DNA of 64,000 nt, taken from the IMG/VR virus record IMGVR_UViG_3300029305_012101; one strand, 5' to 3'. Each line of letters begins with the position of its first letter. The stretch's first letter is position 1. This stretch comes from an uncultured virus (IMG/VR IMGVR_UViG_3300029305_012101). Its lineage: Duplodnaviria > Heunggongvirae > Uroviricota > Caudoviricetes. A program made the translations under genes and the position numbers. Below are positions 35,148-45,900 of this stretch, one piece after another. Under the pieces are notes generated by a model that was not told where the DNA came from, searched no databases, and saw nothing but the letters and a program-made list of their open reading frames with translations.

Positions 35148-35738
35148 ATGATCACCATCGACAAGAGCAGATTCACAGCGGAGCAGCTGGCCCAGTACGA
35201 GGCGCTGGTTGCCATCGGTAAGGCCGACGTTGACCCCGAGGCCGCCGAGAAAATGATGGAAGAGGATAAGCCCCCCTTCCCCAAGAAGAAGACCGAGAAA
35301 GCAGAGGTAGAAGACATGGAGAAGTCCGCATCCCCCGAGCTGACCGCAGCTCTGGAGCAGCTGGCAGATCTGAAGAAGTCCATCGAGATGAAGGAGTTCA
35401 CAGACATCGCCAAGAAGTATGCTCCCCTGGGTAAGAATGAGGCTGAGCTTGCCCAGACGCTCTACGACATGAAGAAGAGCAACGAGGCCAACTACAACGC
35501 ATTCATCAACGTCCTGGACGAGAGCCTGGGCCTGGTGGAGAAGAGCGGCCTGTTTGCCGAGATCGGCAAGAGCGCAGGCAATCCCACTGCTGCCGGCGGC
35601 GCTGTGGCCAAGGCTGAGGCCAAGGCCCAGGAGCTGATGAAGTCCGATCCCACCATGGACTACACCACCGCTCTGGCTAAGAGCTGGGAGGATCCCGCTA
35701 TCATGGCAGAGTACGACTCCGAGTATTTCGGCAGATAA
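35148..35738 (+). CDS. Capsid scaffolding protein
   Basis: Helical and acidic, repeated KS sites (MEKS, LKKS, VEKSGLFAEIGKS); precedes capsid genes. Confidence 0.7.
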   Translation: MITIDKSRFTAEQLAQYEALVAIGKADVDPEAAEKMMEEDKPPFPKKKTEKAEVEDMEKSASPELTAALEQLADLKKSIEMKEFTDIAKKYAPLGKNEAELAQTLYDMKKSNEANYNAFINVLDESLGLVEKSGLFAEIGKSAGNPTAAGGAVAKAEAKAQELMKSDPTMDYTTALAKSWEDPAIMAEYDSEYFGR

Positions 35739-35756
35739 GGAAAGGAGAAAACAATC

Positions 35757-36230
35757 ATGGCAAAGAACTACAACGGCGTTCAGATCAACCCCTCCGCCAC
35801 CATCGTGGAGAAGGCCGGTGCTGAGATCGCTGATGTCCGCAACCGCATCGTGAAGTTTGACGACAACGGCAACGTCGTCCTGGCAGCTGCCGGCACCGAC
35901 ATTCCCGTGGGTATCGCCATCATCGAGGCCGGTTACAACGACATTTCCGGCGTGGAGTCCGGCAAGGCCCGCGTTGGCGATGACGTGGACATCGTCATCA
36001 AGGAAATGAGCGTGGTCCTGGCTGGCGCTTCCGTGAAGAAGGGCCAGGAAGTGACCGCCGGTGCCGATGGCAAGGCTGTTCCCGCTGCCGGCGGCGACTA
36101 CGTCCTGGGCTTCGCTCTGGACAGCGCAGAGGCAGACGAGTATCTGCCCATCCAGATCGCCAAGTATCAGAAGGTCTCTGGCCCCACTGCTTCCGGTGAG
36201 CAGATGACCGAAGAAGAAGGCACTCTGTAA
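35757..36230 (+). CDS. Capsid cement/decoration protein (DUF2190-like)
   Basis: VLAGASVKKGQEVTAGADGKAV...GFALDSA. Confidence 0.75.
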   Translation: MAKNYNGVQINPSATIVEKAGAEIADVRNRIVKFDDNGNVVLAAAGTDIPVGIAIIEAGYNDISGVESGKARVGDDVDIVIKEMSVVLAGASVKKGQEVTAGADGKAVPAAGGDYVLGFALDSAEADEYLPIQIAKYQKVSGPTASGEQMTEEEGTL

Positions 36231-36250
36231 GAACAAGGAGGAAATGAATC

Positions 36251-37282
36251 ATGGCTAATCTGACACCCGCAATGATCAGCGCCCAGATCGCAAAGGGCGC
36301 TTTCAGACCCCATACCGCTCTGACCAACATGGCTCTGAGCTACTACCAGAATGCTGCCAACTACTTCGCTAAGGCAATCTTCCCCGTTTGCCCCGTGAAC
36401 CTGAGCAGCGACAACTTCTACATCTTCGACAAGGAAGACCTGCTGCGCGACAGCTGGCAGCGCAAGCCCGCCTACGGCAAGGTCATGCCCGCCGTCGTGT
36501 CTGAGCACACCGACACCTACAAGTGCGATGTTGACCAGATGATCATGGGCATCGACGAGATCCGCCAGACCGATCTGCAGCGCCGTCAGGGTCCCACTCT
36601 GGCCCGCGATCCCCGCGCTCAGCGCACCAAGACCATCGCCGAGCAGGCCAACATCCACCAGGATCGCCTGTTTGCTGACGGCTTCTTCCGTTCCGGCGTG
36701 TGGGCTAACGAGCTGACCGGCGTGGACAGCACCATGCCCGGTGAGAAGGAGTTCATCAAGTTCTCCAACGACAACTCCGATCCCATCCAGTTCATCGCTG
36801 ACCGCAAGCTGAAGATGCACGAAGAGACCGGCCGCACCCCCAACAAGCTGGCCATCGGCGCCAACGTGTTCAACGCTCTGCGTAAGCATCCCGCCATCCT
36901 GGACCGCGTGAAGTACGGCGGCAGCACTGCCAATCCCGCTTCCGTGACCAAGAACGTGCTGGCTCAGCTCTTCGAGGTTGACGATCTGGTCGTCCTGATG
37001 AGCATCTTCAACCAGGCCAAGCAGGGCAAGGATGCCGACATGACCTTTATCGGCGATCCCAACGCGCTGCTGCTGGCTTACACCACTTCCGCTCCCGCCG
37101 TGGATGAGCCCTCTGCCGGCTACATCTTCACCTGGGACATGCTGGGCGATGGTCAGATGCTGCCTATCTTCCACTATCCCGGCGAGAACGGCACTCACAG
37201 TGAGTACGTCGAGGGTCTGATGGCTTACGACATGAAGAAGACCGCCGACGATCTGGCTGTCTTCTGCAAGGATGTTGTCTAA
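36251..37282 (+). CDS. Major capsid protein
   Basis: 343 aa, highly biased codons, position after cement; TGRTPNKLAIG.NVFNALRKHPAIL. Confidence 0.85.
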   Translation: MANLTPAMISAQIAKGAFRPHTALTNMALSYYQNAANYFAKAIFPVCPVNLSSDNFYIFDKEDLLRDSWQRKPAYGKVMPAVVSEHTDTYKCDVDQMIMGIDEIRQTDLQRRQGPTLARDPRAQRTKTIAEQANIHQDRLFADGFFRSGVWANELTGVDSTMPGEKEFIKFSNDNSDPIQFIADRKLKMHEETGRTPNKLAIGANVFNALRKHPAILDRVKYGGSTANPASVTKNVLAQLFEVDDLVVLMSIFNQAKQGKDADMTFIGDPNALLLAYTTSAPAVDEPSAGYIFTWDMLGDGQMLPIFHYPGENGTHSEYVEGLMAYDMKKTADDLAVFCKDVV

Positions 37283-37296
37283 GAAAGGGTGATCCC

Positions 37297-37701
37297 ATGA
37301 AACTGATTGCGAAGAAGCTCTGCAGCTTCGGAGGCAGGAAGTTCTTTATCGGCGACGAGATCCCTGCGGATCTGGTCATGAATCCCAAGGAGCAGGAGAA
37401 AATGGACGTTCTGAGCATCGTGAGCGAAGACGACCATCCCGGTTCCAACGGAGGCACCGTGAGCGTGAAGGTCCCTGTGGAGGAGGGCGAGCTGATCCTG
37501 GAGATCACTCCCGATGGCCTGCAGTCTTTTGTGAATTCGCTGATCGGCACCGCCGACGAGGCGAAAGCCACGATTGACGAGATGACCGACGGCGACGCCC
37601 TGATCCTGCTCCACATGACCGACACCCGCAAGTCTGTGAAGGCAGCTGCGGAGACCCGCGCCAAGGCTCTGAACGGCCAGGAGAGCGCAGGTGAGCAGTA
37701 A
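37297..37701 (+). CDS. Head-associated hypothetical protein
   Basis: Position after MCP. Confidence 0.55.
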   Translation: MKLIAKKLCSFGGRKFFIGDEIPADLVMNPKEQEKMDVLSIVSEDDHPGSNGGTVSVKVPVEEGELILEITPDGLQSFVNSLIGTADEAKATIDEMTDGDALILLHMTDTRKSVKAAAETRAKALNGQESAGEQ

Positions 37702-38114
37702 TGCCTCCCACCTATTCCTACGATCCCACCAAAATCACCGATGGCGGCCGGGATCAGATGCGGTTTGAGCTGGGTGACACCGTCATCGACCTGGGGCCCA
37801 TTGCAAGCCCCCTGTGCGATGAGGAGTACGACGCGATCCTGAAGAAATTCGGCGCAAACTGGCGGGGCGCAAAGCTCCGCTGCCTGGAGGCCATCTGCAT
37901 GAAGCTGGCCTATGAGGTAAACACCAGCCTGGACGGCCTGAGCTATTCCCTTGCTGAGCGCTTCGACCGATGGAAGAAGATGCTGGACGAGGAGAAGAAA
38001 AAGGCCAACGCCGTTTCCGGCGTTCCCAGGGCGGGCTTCCCCGGAAGTCTCAGCCCCCATGGCCGGACACCGTATTTCTACAACGACATGCAGGCAAACC
38101 GCCGCAAGTTTTAA
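37701..38114 (+). CDS. Head-tail adaptor
   Basis: YSYDP...DQMRFELGDT...LCDEEY. Confidence 0.7.
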   Translation: MPPTYSYDPTKITDGGRDQMRFELGDTVIDLGPIASPLCDEEYDAILKKFGANWRGAKLRCLEAICMKLAYEVNTSLDGLSYSLAERFDRWKKMLDEEKKKANAVSGVPRAGFPGSLSPHGRTPYFYNDMQANRRKF

Positions 38115-38135
38115 TCCGAAAGGAGATGACAGCCC

Positions 38136-38513
38136 ATGTCCTTCAGAGGACTGCTGCGGCCCGGGCAGGGATTCAAACCCTACACCGTGCTGCGGAGGAA
38201 AGGCGGCACAACCGCCACCGGCCGGCCCGTGACGGGCAAGCTGGAGCCCGATGGCGTGATCTGGGGCATCATCTCCCAGGCAAGCCAGAATGAGCGGGAG
38301 ATCTGGAAGCAGAAGGGCCACCCGATCACCCACACGGTGATTCAGCGCGGCACCCATGGAGCAGCCGGTGCGGACGATGTGCTGGAGCTTGTGAAAACGG
38401 GCGATGATGGCAAGGAGATCCGCCGGCGCTTCCTGATCCGCGGCACCCGGGATCCCGGAGAGATCGGCCACTTTACAGTTTACGCCGTGGAGGAACGGGA
38501 GGATCTGCAATGA
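38136..38513 (+). CDS. Head closure / stopper protein
   Basis: Position and size; ITHTVIQRG. Confidence 0.6.
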   Translation: MSFRGLLRPGQGFKPYTVLRRKGGTTATGRPVTGKLEPDGVIWGIISQASQNEREIWKQKGHPITHTVIQRGTHGAAGADDVLELVKTGDDGKEIRRRFLIRGTRDPGEIGHFTVYAVEEREDLQ

Positions 38514-38986
38514 ACATTGACAACCTCCTGGAGCACGAGGTGGAGCAATTCACCGACAGCATCAAGCATCAGATGGAGCGGCGGGCGTATCTCGCAGCAA
38601 ACGAGATGCGAAACGCCAGCCAGCTGGTGCTGCGTGGCCAGAGAAGCGGCCGCCGGTACAAGGTCCCCGGCACCTACCGCAAGCAGCGGGACAAGGTGGA
38701 CGGGAAGATCAAGCGGGGCCGGTACTATACGGCATCCGCACCAGGTGAGCCGCCTGCTGTCCGCACCGGTGTTTTCCGCATGAGCTGGCAGCCTACCTCC
38801 CATGTGGTGTTCGGATCCTACATCTCCCGGATCTCCAGCGATGTGATGACTGATAACGGGAAGTATAACCTGGGCGAAATCCTGGAAAACGGCACTCCGA
38901 AGATGGACCCGAGACCGTTTGAGGAGCCCATCATGGAGAAGGCCAAGAACAAGATCTTGCGGATCTACAACGCACCATATTTCTAA
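38510..38986 (+). CDS. HK97 gp10-like neck protein
   Basis: ASAPGEPPAVRTG..R.SW, LENGTPKMDPRPF. Confidence 0.75.
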   Translation: MNIDNLLEHEVEQFTDSIKHQMERRAYLAANEMRNASQLVLRGQRSGRRYKVPGTYRKQRDKVDGKIKRGRYYTASAPGEPPAVRTGVFRMSWQPTSHVVFGSYISRISSDVMTDNGKYNLGEILENGTPKMDPRPFEEPIMEKAKNKILRIYNAPYF

Positions 38987-38998
38987 GGGGGACGGACG

Positions 38999-39871
38999 AT
39001 GATTGAACAAGCACTCTATGAGCATCTGCTGAAGCAGAAGTCCCTCTTCCCTTTCCTGGCTGTCTACAATGGTCAGCCGGCCATTTTCAACCAGGAAGCT
39101 CCCTCCGATGTGGACGACCTGTGGAACGACGGCCCCCAGTACGGGCGGCTGGTTTTCGCGGTGGATCTGCAGGGAGACCCGGAGCGCATCATGGGCGGAA
39201 CGCTGGTGGTGGACATCATGTGCAAGGAGGATGAGCAGTTCCCCGAGGACATTGAGCCCATCGTGAAGGATCTGATCCATGGGTATTTCTTCTCCAACGG
39301 CACGTTTACCACGGCCGCCCAGTGGAAGAATTCCTCCTATTTCACCCAGCCCACCGACCATGTCACCGGTTGCACCGTGGCTTTTGACCTGCTGGGCTTC
39401 CCGGTGCTGACCACGTCGGATCCCGATGTGATCGAGCGGATCAACGCATGGACCAGCGAGAGCTTCCCTATGCTGCATGTGATCAACTACGAGGCGCTGC
39501 CGGCTGCCGCATGGAAGCCGGAGGGCGAGGAGGCCGCCGTCTACTGGCGGATGGTCACAGATGATCCGGCCGGCTGGATCCCGGACACGTTCCAAACGAT
39601 CTGGCGAACAGCCAATCTCAAATGCCATGTGTTTTCTGAGGATTTTGCTGCCGCGGCAGACGCAGCGCGAGGAATCGTCTTCCGGCTGTACGCGGTTAAG
39701 CGGCTGATGAAACAGGGGGAAGCCCCGATCATGGTCAACCGGAGGAACCGGCTGGATCTGAGCGCCGATCCCCTGCGGGCGGGGCAGATCGCGGTGGAGG
39801 CCACCTATGGCGTCATCGTACAGTTTGCCAACGAAAACCACCTGCAGGGCATCAGATACGACAAAAACTGA
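38999..39871 (+). CDS. Tail terminator/completion protein
   Basis: Position just before sheath. Confidence 0.55.
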   Translation: MIEQALYEHLLKQKSLFPFLAVYNGQPAIFNQEAPSDVDDLWNDGPQYGRLVFAVDLQGDPERIMGGTLVVDIMCKEDEQFPEDIEPIVKDLIHGYFFSNGTFTTAAQWKNSSYFTQPTDHVTGCTVAFDLLGFPVLTTSDPDVIERINAWTSESFPMLHVINYEALPAAAWKPEGEEAAVYWRMVTDDPAGWIPDTFQTIWRTANLKCHVFSEDFAAAADAARGIVFRLYAVKRLMKQGEAPIMVNRRNRLDLSADPLRAGQIAVEATYGVIVQFANENHLQGIRYDKN

Positions 39872-39892
39872 GCATCGGAAGGAGAACCGATC

Positions 39893-40120
39893 ATGGCAAG
39901 CAACAAGGAAAAGGCCGCGGAGCCCGCTGTGGAAAACCTGGCGGAGATCAAACCCGCCGAAAGTATTTACACCGCCGCCGAGCTGGCCGGCAATTATAAA
40001 GCGTTTGGTACATACCGCGAAATCGTTGTAGTCGCCCTGCGTCTGGCAGGGAAAGAGCAGGCGACCTTCCCGGAGGCTAAGCGCATCATCGAAAACTTCA
40101 AGAACAAGGAGGTCAAGTAA
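39893..40120 (+). CDS. Small pre-sheath protein
   Basis: AAGGAG RBS, ends IENFKNKEVK. Confidence 0.6.
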   Translation: MASNKEKAAEPAVENLAEIKPAESIYTAAELAGNYKAFGTYREIVVVALRLAGKEQATFPEAKRIIENFKNKEVK

Positions 40121-40123
40121 TCT

Positions 40124-41545
40124 ATGGCTATCTTTTTCAAAGAGGGCGAAACTAAGATTCGCCCCGGCATTTACCAGCGCTATGAAAATATCGGCTTCAG
40201 CACTCTGGTGGCGGCTCAGGACGGCATCTGCGCCATCCCCGTCCGTTCCAGCTGGGGTCCCCTTGGCAAGGTTGTGAAGAACAACCGCGCCGCTGATCTG
40301 GCCAAGAACTACGGCGCCGGCACCTATGGCGCAGGCTACACCGTTCCCGCTGCTGAGGCAATGTTCCGCGGCGGCGCTGTGACCGTGTACACCTACCGCA
40401 TGGGCACCGGCGGCGCAAAGGCCAGCCTGACCGTCGAGGGCATGACCGTCACCGCCAAGCATGTGGGTACTCTCCCCATCAGCGTGGCCGTGCAGGTGAG
40501 CCTGGGCGACAGCGCCAAGAAGCAGTTCCAGGTTTACACCGGCACCACTCTGGTGGAGTCCTTCCCCTTCGCCGCCGATGGCGTCAAGGAGGGTGAGAAC
40601 CTGATCGCTGCCGTCGCCAACTCCAAGTATGTGGAGCTGAGCGCGGAGACCGCTCCCGCTGTGGTTCCCGTTCTGCCTGTGGCTTCCGGCGCTCTGGCCG
40701 GCGGCGAGGATCCCGTTGTGACCAACGAGGACTACTCCAAGGCTTTTGCCGCCTTCGAGGGCTACTACTACAACACCATCGCTCTGGACGTGGACGACGA
40801 TGACAACATGACCCTGTCCCTCATGCTGCAGGCCTACAAGGAAGCAGCCTATGAGATGGGCAAGCTGGGCATCGCCGTGGTTGGCGAGAAGACCAGCGTG
40901 GACTTCATCAACCGCCTGGCCCATGCCAGAATGTTCAACGACTACAAGGTCGTGTACCTGGGCGGCGGCTGGATGAACGGCGCGGACAGCATGGATGGCG
41001 TTATGGCTATCTGCTACACCGCCGGCGTCATCGCTTCCACTCCTTCCAACAAGGGCATCACCCACACCGTCATCAACGGCGGCACCGAGCTGTGCGAGGC
41101 TCTGACCTACTATCAGTACGAGGAAGCCATCCTCAGCGGTATGCTGATGGTGAGCATGTCCACCGACGGCGAGATCTGGTACGACTCCGCTGTCAACACC
41201 TTCCTGTCTCCCATTGACACCGTCAACGACGAGGGCTGGAAGAAGATCCGCCGCGTGAAGGTGCGCTTCGAGATGTTCGACCGTCTGGATCGCGCTCTGG
41301 CTCCCAAGGTGGGCCGCGTGTCTGCCGACACCGACGGCATTGCCGATGTGATTCAGACCGGCCAGCGGATCCTGGATGCCATGGCGGACGACGAGCACAA
41401 GCTGGCCTCCGGGCCCAGCTTCGTGGAGGATCCCGACAATCCCATGGTCGGCGACAGCGGCTGGTTCGCCATTCAGGCCGACGACCTGGATTCTCTGGAG
41501 AAGATCTATCTGCGCTATCAGTTCCGCTATAGCCAGAATTCTTAA
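40124..41545 (+). CDS. Tail sheath protein
   Basis: KIRPGIYQR, WGPLGK, LAGGED, WKKIRRV. Confidence 0.92.
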   Translation: MAIFFKEGETKIRPGIYQRYENIGFSTLVAAQDGICAIPVRSSWGPLGKVVKNNRAADLAKNYGAGTYGAGYTVPAAEAMFRGGAVTVYTYRMGTGGAKASLTVEGMTVTAKHVGTLPISVAVQVSLGDSAKKQFQVYTGTTLVESFPFAADGVKEGENLIAAVANSKYVELSAETAPAVVPVLPVASGALAGGEDPVVTNEDYSKAFAAFEGYYYNTIALDVDDDDNMTLSLMLQAYKEAAYEMGKLGIAVVGEKTSVDFINRLAHARMFNDYKVVYLGGGWMNGADSMDGVMAICYTAGVIASTPSNKGITHTVINGGTELCEALTYYQYEEAILSGMLMVSMSTDGEIWYDSAVNTFLSPIDTVNDEGWKKIRRVKVRFEMFDRLDRALAPKVGRVSADTDGIADVIQTGQRILDAMADDEHKLASGPSFVEDPDNPMVGDSGWFAIQADDLDSLEKIYLRYQFRYSQNS

Positions 41546-41561
41546 CAGGAGGAGCTAAGAA

Positions 41562-42035
41562 ATGAACAAGAACAACACCCTCAACACTACCGAGCTGATG
41601 ACCGGCAAGGACGGCCGCCTGTTTGTGGAGTTTAACGGCGTGAACATGTTCCTGGCAGAGATCAACACCTTCGCCGTGAACATGAACGTCAACACCACCG
41701 AGAAGCAGCCTGTTGGTTCCATTCTGGTCCACCGCATTCCTACCGGCGTCACCTTCGATCTGACCTACACCGAGATGGTGATCCGCGATGACCTGATCAT
41801 GGAGCCCCTGCTGGCTGCCATTCAGGAGGGCCAGATCCCTGTTTACAACTTCCAGGGCGTGGCATACAAGCCCGACGGCCAGGAGCAGCGCCTGACCTTC
41901 AACGGTGCCGTTCCCAACGGCAACTTCGGTCTGATGAGCCTGACTCCCGGTGAGGTGATCGAGCGTGAGCAGAGCTTCGCGCTGAACCAGATCCCCAAGT
42001 TCATCTCTTCCCTGGCATCCACTTACCTGCAGTAA
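41562..42035 (+). CDS. Tail tube protein (XkdM-like)
   Basis: Follows sheath, 157 aa, MTGKDGRLF...GEVIEREQSF. Confidence 0.85.
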   Translation: MNKNNTLNTTELMTGKDGRLFVEFNGVNMFLAEINTFAVNMNVNTTEKQPVGSILVHRIPTGVTFDLTYTEMVIRDDLIMEPLLAAIQEGQIPVYNFQGVAYKPDGQEQRLTFNGAVPNGNFGLMSLTPGEVIEREQSFALNQIPKFISSLASTYLQ

Positions 42036-42091
42036 TTTCAATCAGGGGCCCCGCAATGGGGCCCCTTACATAAAAAAGGAGGATTTTCCCC

Positions 42092-42616
42092 ATGGCAACC
42101 AAGGCAACTGAGAAGAAGGACATCACCGGCCTGGATCAGGCCAGCGACCGCCGCGAAGCCGAATATGATCTGGTCACTTCCCTGCTGAGCGCGGCAGAAT
42201 ACAGACTCAGCGAGGAATCTATTTCCACTGTTGACATCAAGAGAGCGGGCAAGTTCCTGTTTTCTGTAAATATCCATCCCATCAGCGAGGCCGACCTGCG
42301 GACAGCCCGCAAGAAGGCCACCCTCTACATGCCCAACCCCAACAACAAGAAGCTGCCTCCCATCGAAAAGGACTTCGACACTGCAAAGTTCAATTCGTGG
42401 ATCATTTACCTTGCGACTACCGAGGAAGATCAGGAAAAGATCTGGGGCAACAAGCAGGTGATGCAGAAGTATGGCCTCTCCCTCCCTGTTGAGAGCATCG
42501 ACCTGCTGCTGACCTGGGGCGAAAAGCGCAACCTGGCGGATCTGGTATATGACATCAGCGGCCTGAACGAGACCCCGGATGAGGAATACCAGGACGAGGA
42601 GACCTTTCTGGCTTAA
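42092..42616 (+). CDS. Tail assembly chaperone (XkdN-like)
   Basis: Between tube and tape measure; LLTWGEK...DISG. Confidence 0.8.
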   Translation: MATKATEKKDITGLDQASDRREAEYDLVTSLLSAAEYRLSEESISTVDIKRAGKFLFSVNIHPISEADLRTARKKATLYMPNPNNKKLPPIEKDFDTAKFNSWIIYLATTEEDQEKIWGNKQVMQKYGLSLPVESIDLLLTWGEKRNLADLVYDISGLNETPDEEYQDEETFLA

Positions 42617-42839
42617 TCTCTTCGAGGAAAGCGGGCTTGCGTACTATCTGCACACCATCTTCCAGAATCAGCATATACTTCCCGGCGTGATCATGGGGCT
42701 GAGAGGGCCAACCGAAAAGATCCTGCCGGGGGAACAGACGTTTGCCCTGGCCAGCACGAAAAAGGCGCTGGAGGAGGGAGACACGCCTGTGAAAATCCGC
42801 AATTTTTCAAAACCGAAACAGACAACGGAAGGGTCATAG
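42579..42839 (+). CDS. Chaperone extension ORF (+1 frame relative to chaperone)
   Basis: LAYYLHTIFQNQHILPG...GEQTFALAS; overlaps end of chaperone. Confidence 0.6.
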   Translation: MRNTRTRRPFWLNLFEESGLAYYLHTIFQNQHILPGVIMGLRGPTEKILPGEQTFALASTKKALEEGDTPVKIRNFSKPKQTTEGS

Positions 42840-42880
42840 CGGCCCTTCCGTTTTTTTGGTTCCGGCCGTGCGGGGCCCCG

Positions 42881-42915
42881 GTGCAACCTGCTTTCCTGAC
42901 GGCCCATATTATACT
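42881..42915 (+). promoter_or_regulatory. Putative late promoter 4 (GTGCAACC-N21-TATACT)
   Basis: Shared motif, immediately after terminator 42824-42857. Confidence 0.65.
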
Positions 42916-42952
42916 GATTATATGAGATTTACGGGCAATCGGAGGTGAGAAT

Positions 42953-45900
42953 ATGGGTCAGCGCTATGTGATAGATCTGGAAGCGAGGTTCCAGGACCAT
43001 GTGACCGGAGAGACCGGCCCGGCAACCAGATCCCTGAAAGGTCTGGGCGAGGCTGCAGAGCAGGCGCAGGGCAAAATCGGAAAGCTGGTAAAGACCAAGG
43101 CCCAGATCGAGGTTGACGCCAACAACACCAAATTTGTCCGAAAGATCCGGGAGGCGGAAGCGAAGGCGCACAAGCTGGGACGGACCAAGACCACGATGGT
43201 TCTGAATGCGCTGGACAAGGCCACGGTAAAGATCAACAAGGTGATCGGCCACGCGAAGAATTTTGCCGCGAAAACCTATAATGCCATCCTGAAGGTCATG
43301 GACTCTCAGGCCGTGAAGGCACTGGGCGAAGTGGGCGGAACGCTGAAGCACATAACCGGCCGGACCTGGTCCACCATCGTCAAGATCAAGGACTATGCCA
43401 CGGCGCCGCTGCGGAAAATCAAAGACTCTCTTTTCAGCATCAAATCGCTGATTGCGGCCGTGACGGCCGGCGTGGCAACCAAGCAGCTGATCATGGATCC
43501 GGTGGGTCTGGCGGACACCATTGAGAGCTCCCGGATCGCTTTTACCACAAAGCTGGGAAGCGAAGAGAAGGCTGAGGAATTCCTGCAGTCTATCTATAAA
43601 TTCGACGAAAAATCTCCCTTCGACACCATGGAGATCGTCGGCATCACCCAGCAGATGATGAACCTGGGCTGGACGGCTGAGGATGTTCTGAAGGATCTGG
43701 GCACCATCGGCGACTGGTCCGCCTCTTTGGGCAAGGGCGAGGAAGGCATCAGTGCCGTCACCCGCGCCCTGGGCCAGATGCGGATGAAGGGCAAACTGTC
43801 CAGCGAGGAAATGCTGCAGCTGACGGAGGCCGGCGTGAATGGCTGGCAGTATCTGGCGGATTATCTGGGTACTGACATCCCCAAGGTCCGCGAGATGGCC
43901 GAGGACAACCTGATCGACGTGAACACTGCCATCACCGGCATTATGGCCGGTATGAGCGAGTATTCCGGCTCTGCCGCCGCTACGGCCGACAGAACGGTGA
44001 GCGGTCTGAAGGATCAGGTCATGTCCCTCTTCAAGACCTACGTTGCCCTGCCCTGGGGCGAAGGTCTGGGCGAGGGCTTCCGGGACGCTCTGACGCAGGT
44101 GCGCGATGTGATCGATGAGAACAAGGATGCGCTGAAGGGCCTGGGCACCGAGCTGAAGGAAGTCGGCAAAGCCATCAGCGGATGGGTGGCCGACCGGGCA
44201 GAGAATGCGATCAGACGGATCAAAGAAATCACCTCCGGGGATGCGTTCAAAAACGCAAGCATCACCGGGAAAATCAATATGCTGTGGGACGGCGTGATCG
44301 CCAACCCCTTCTCCAAATGGTGGAAAGAGACCGTGATCCCCTGGTGGGATGACACGGCTGTTCCCTGGCTGGAGACAAAGGCTTCCAAACTGGGCAAAAA
44401 CATCGGTTCCGGCCTGACAAAGGGCCTGATGGCGCTGCTGGGCATCGACTATGCCAGCGCCATTGAGGACGGATCGAACATCGCCGGCGGTTTTGTCAAC
44501 GGCTTTTTGGAGGGCTTTGACGGGGCGGCCATTACGGACGCTTTTGTGGATGCCATCACCAACGTGTGGAGAGCCCTGCCCGGCTGGGCGAAGCTGCTGA
44601 TCGGCGGCACCGCCATTTACAAAACCGGCGTTGGCGCCGCCAGCGTGATCGGCAACGTCAAGGCGTTGATCGGAACAGCGGGCGGCCAGATCCTGGCGGA
44701 TGGATCTGTTGCCCCTGCCACGGGCCTCCGGGCTGTGTTCGGCAGCACCGGCAACTATATGGTATCCGGCACCGGTATGTTAGGTTCGCTGGCAAAACTG
44801 GGATACAACGCAACAGGAGGACCCGCTTCTGCTGCAGCTTACTTCGGCCATGGTATGAGCGGAGCGGCGGCTGCCGGCATCGGAGGCGGCATCGTTGCCG
44901 GTATCGGAACCGGTATCTACACAGCGGGAAGCGGCGTTGTAGACATTTACAAAGGTTCCAAAAACAATGACGACGATTCGATCAATTCCGGTTTGTGGAA
45001 AATAACCGGTGCAGGCGGCGGCGCAGCTTTGGGCGCGGCTATCGGAACAGCGTTTGGCGGTCCTCTGATCGGAACAGCCATCGGAGCGCTGGTCGGCAGC
45101 GGCGTTGGCTGGTTGCAAAGCAATCAGATAAAGAAAAATGCTGTGGAGGCCGCACAGGCCTCCGGCACCCTGGAGGAACTGGCAGCTTCTGAGTCCATAG
45201 CGGCAAAAAAAGCACAGAAACTGCTGGATGAAATGAGAGCTCTGGCAAAGGCTGACATGGCCGAGCATTTTGGCGATGTAGCACTCTCCGCGGATCAGGT
45301 CAAATCTGCAGTGAATGATCTGATCGGCCAGGATGTGATCGACCGGGCGACCGCGGCAAGCGACGCCCTCGCACAGCTCAACTCCTCCATGGAGTCCTTC
45401 AGAACGGCAGACTACAACCTGAACCGATCTCTGTGGGATACCACGCTGGCCGATGGCAAGGCGCTGTCTGATGATGAGATCAGCAAGCTGAAAAGCAGCT
45501 ATGAGGCTTATTCCGATGCGGCATCGGCTTTGCTGGACGATAAGCAGTATGCGTCCGAGGAGTCCATCAACGCACTTCTGGGTGACACTGAAGATGCGAA
45601 AAATGTGCTGAAAGCATCCAAGGACTATTATGCACAAACCCGGAAGCAGCTGAAGGAAAAAACGACTGAGTTCACCAAGGCTCTGGAAAAGGCGCTGGAT
45701 GATAACGGAGACGGCAAGATCAACTTCGCGGTTGGCGAGGGCGTCATTTCTCTGGATGAAGAGAAGAGTCTGCAGGAGATCCGCAGCCAAATTTCCAGAA
45801 TCACCGCCCAGATCGAGCAGGAGCAGTACACGGCCGACATGAACATCATCAAGGCCAAATTCAGCACTGATAACATAAATGTGGAGAGTTTCGGGCTGCT

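Noticed and set aside
38480..41398. 972-aa minus-strand ORF
   Set aside because: Antisense shadow of neck and sheath genes caused by biased codon usage; no motifs or RBS.
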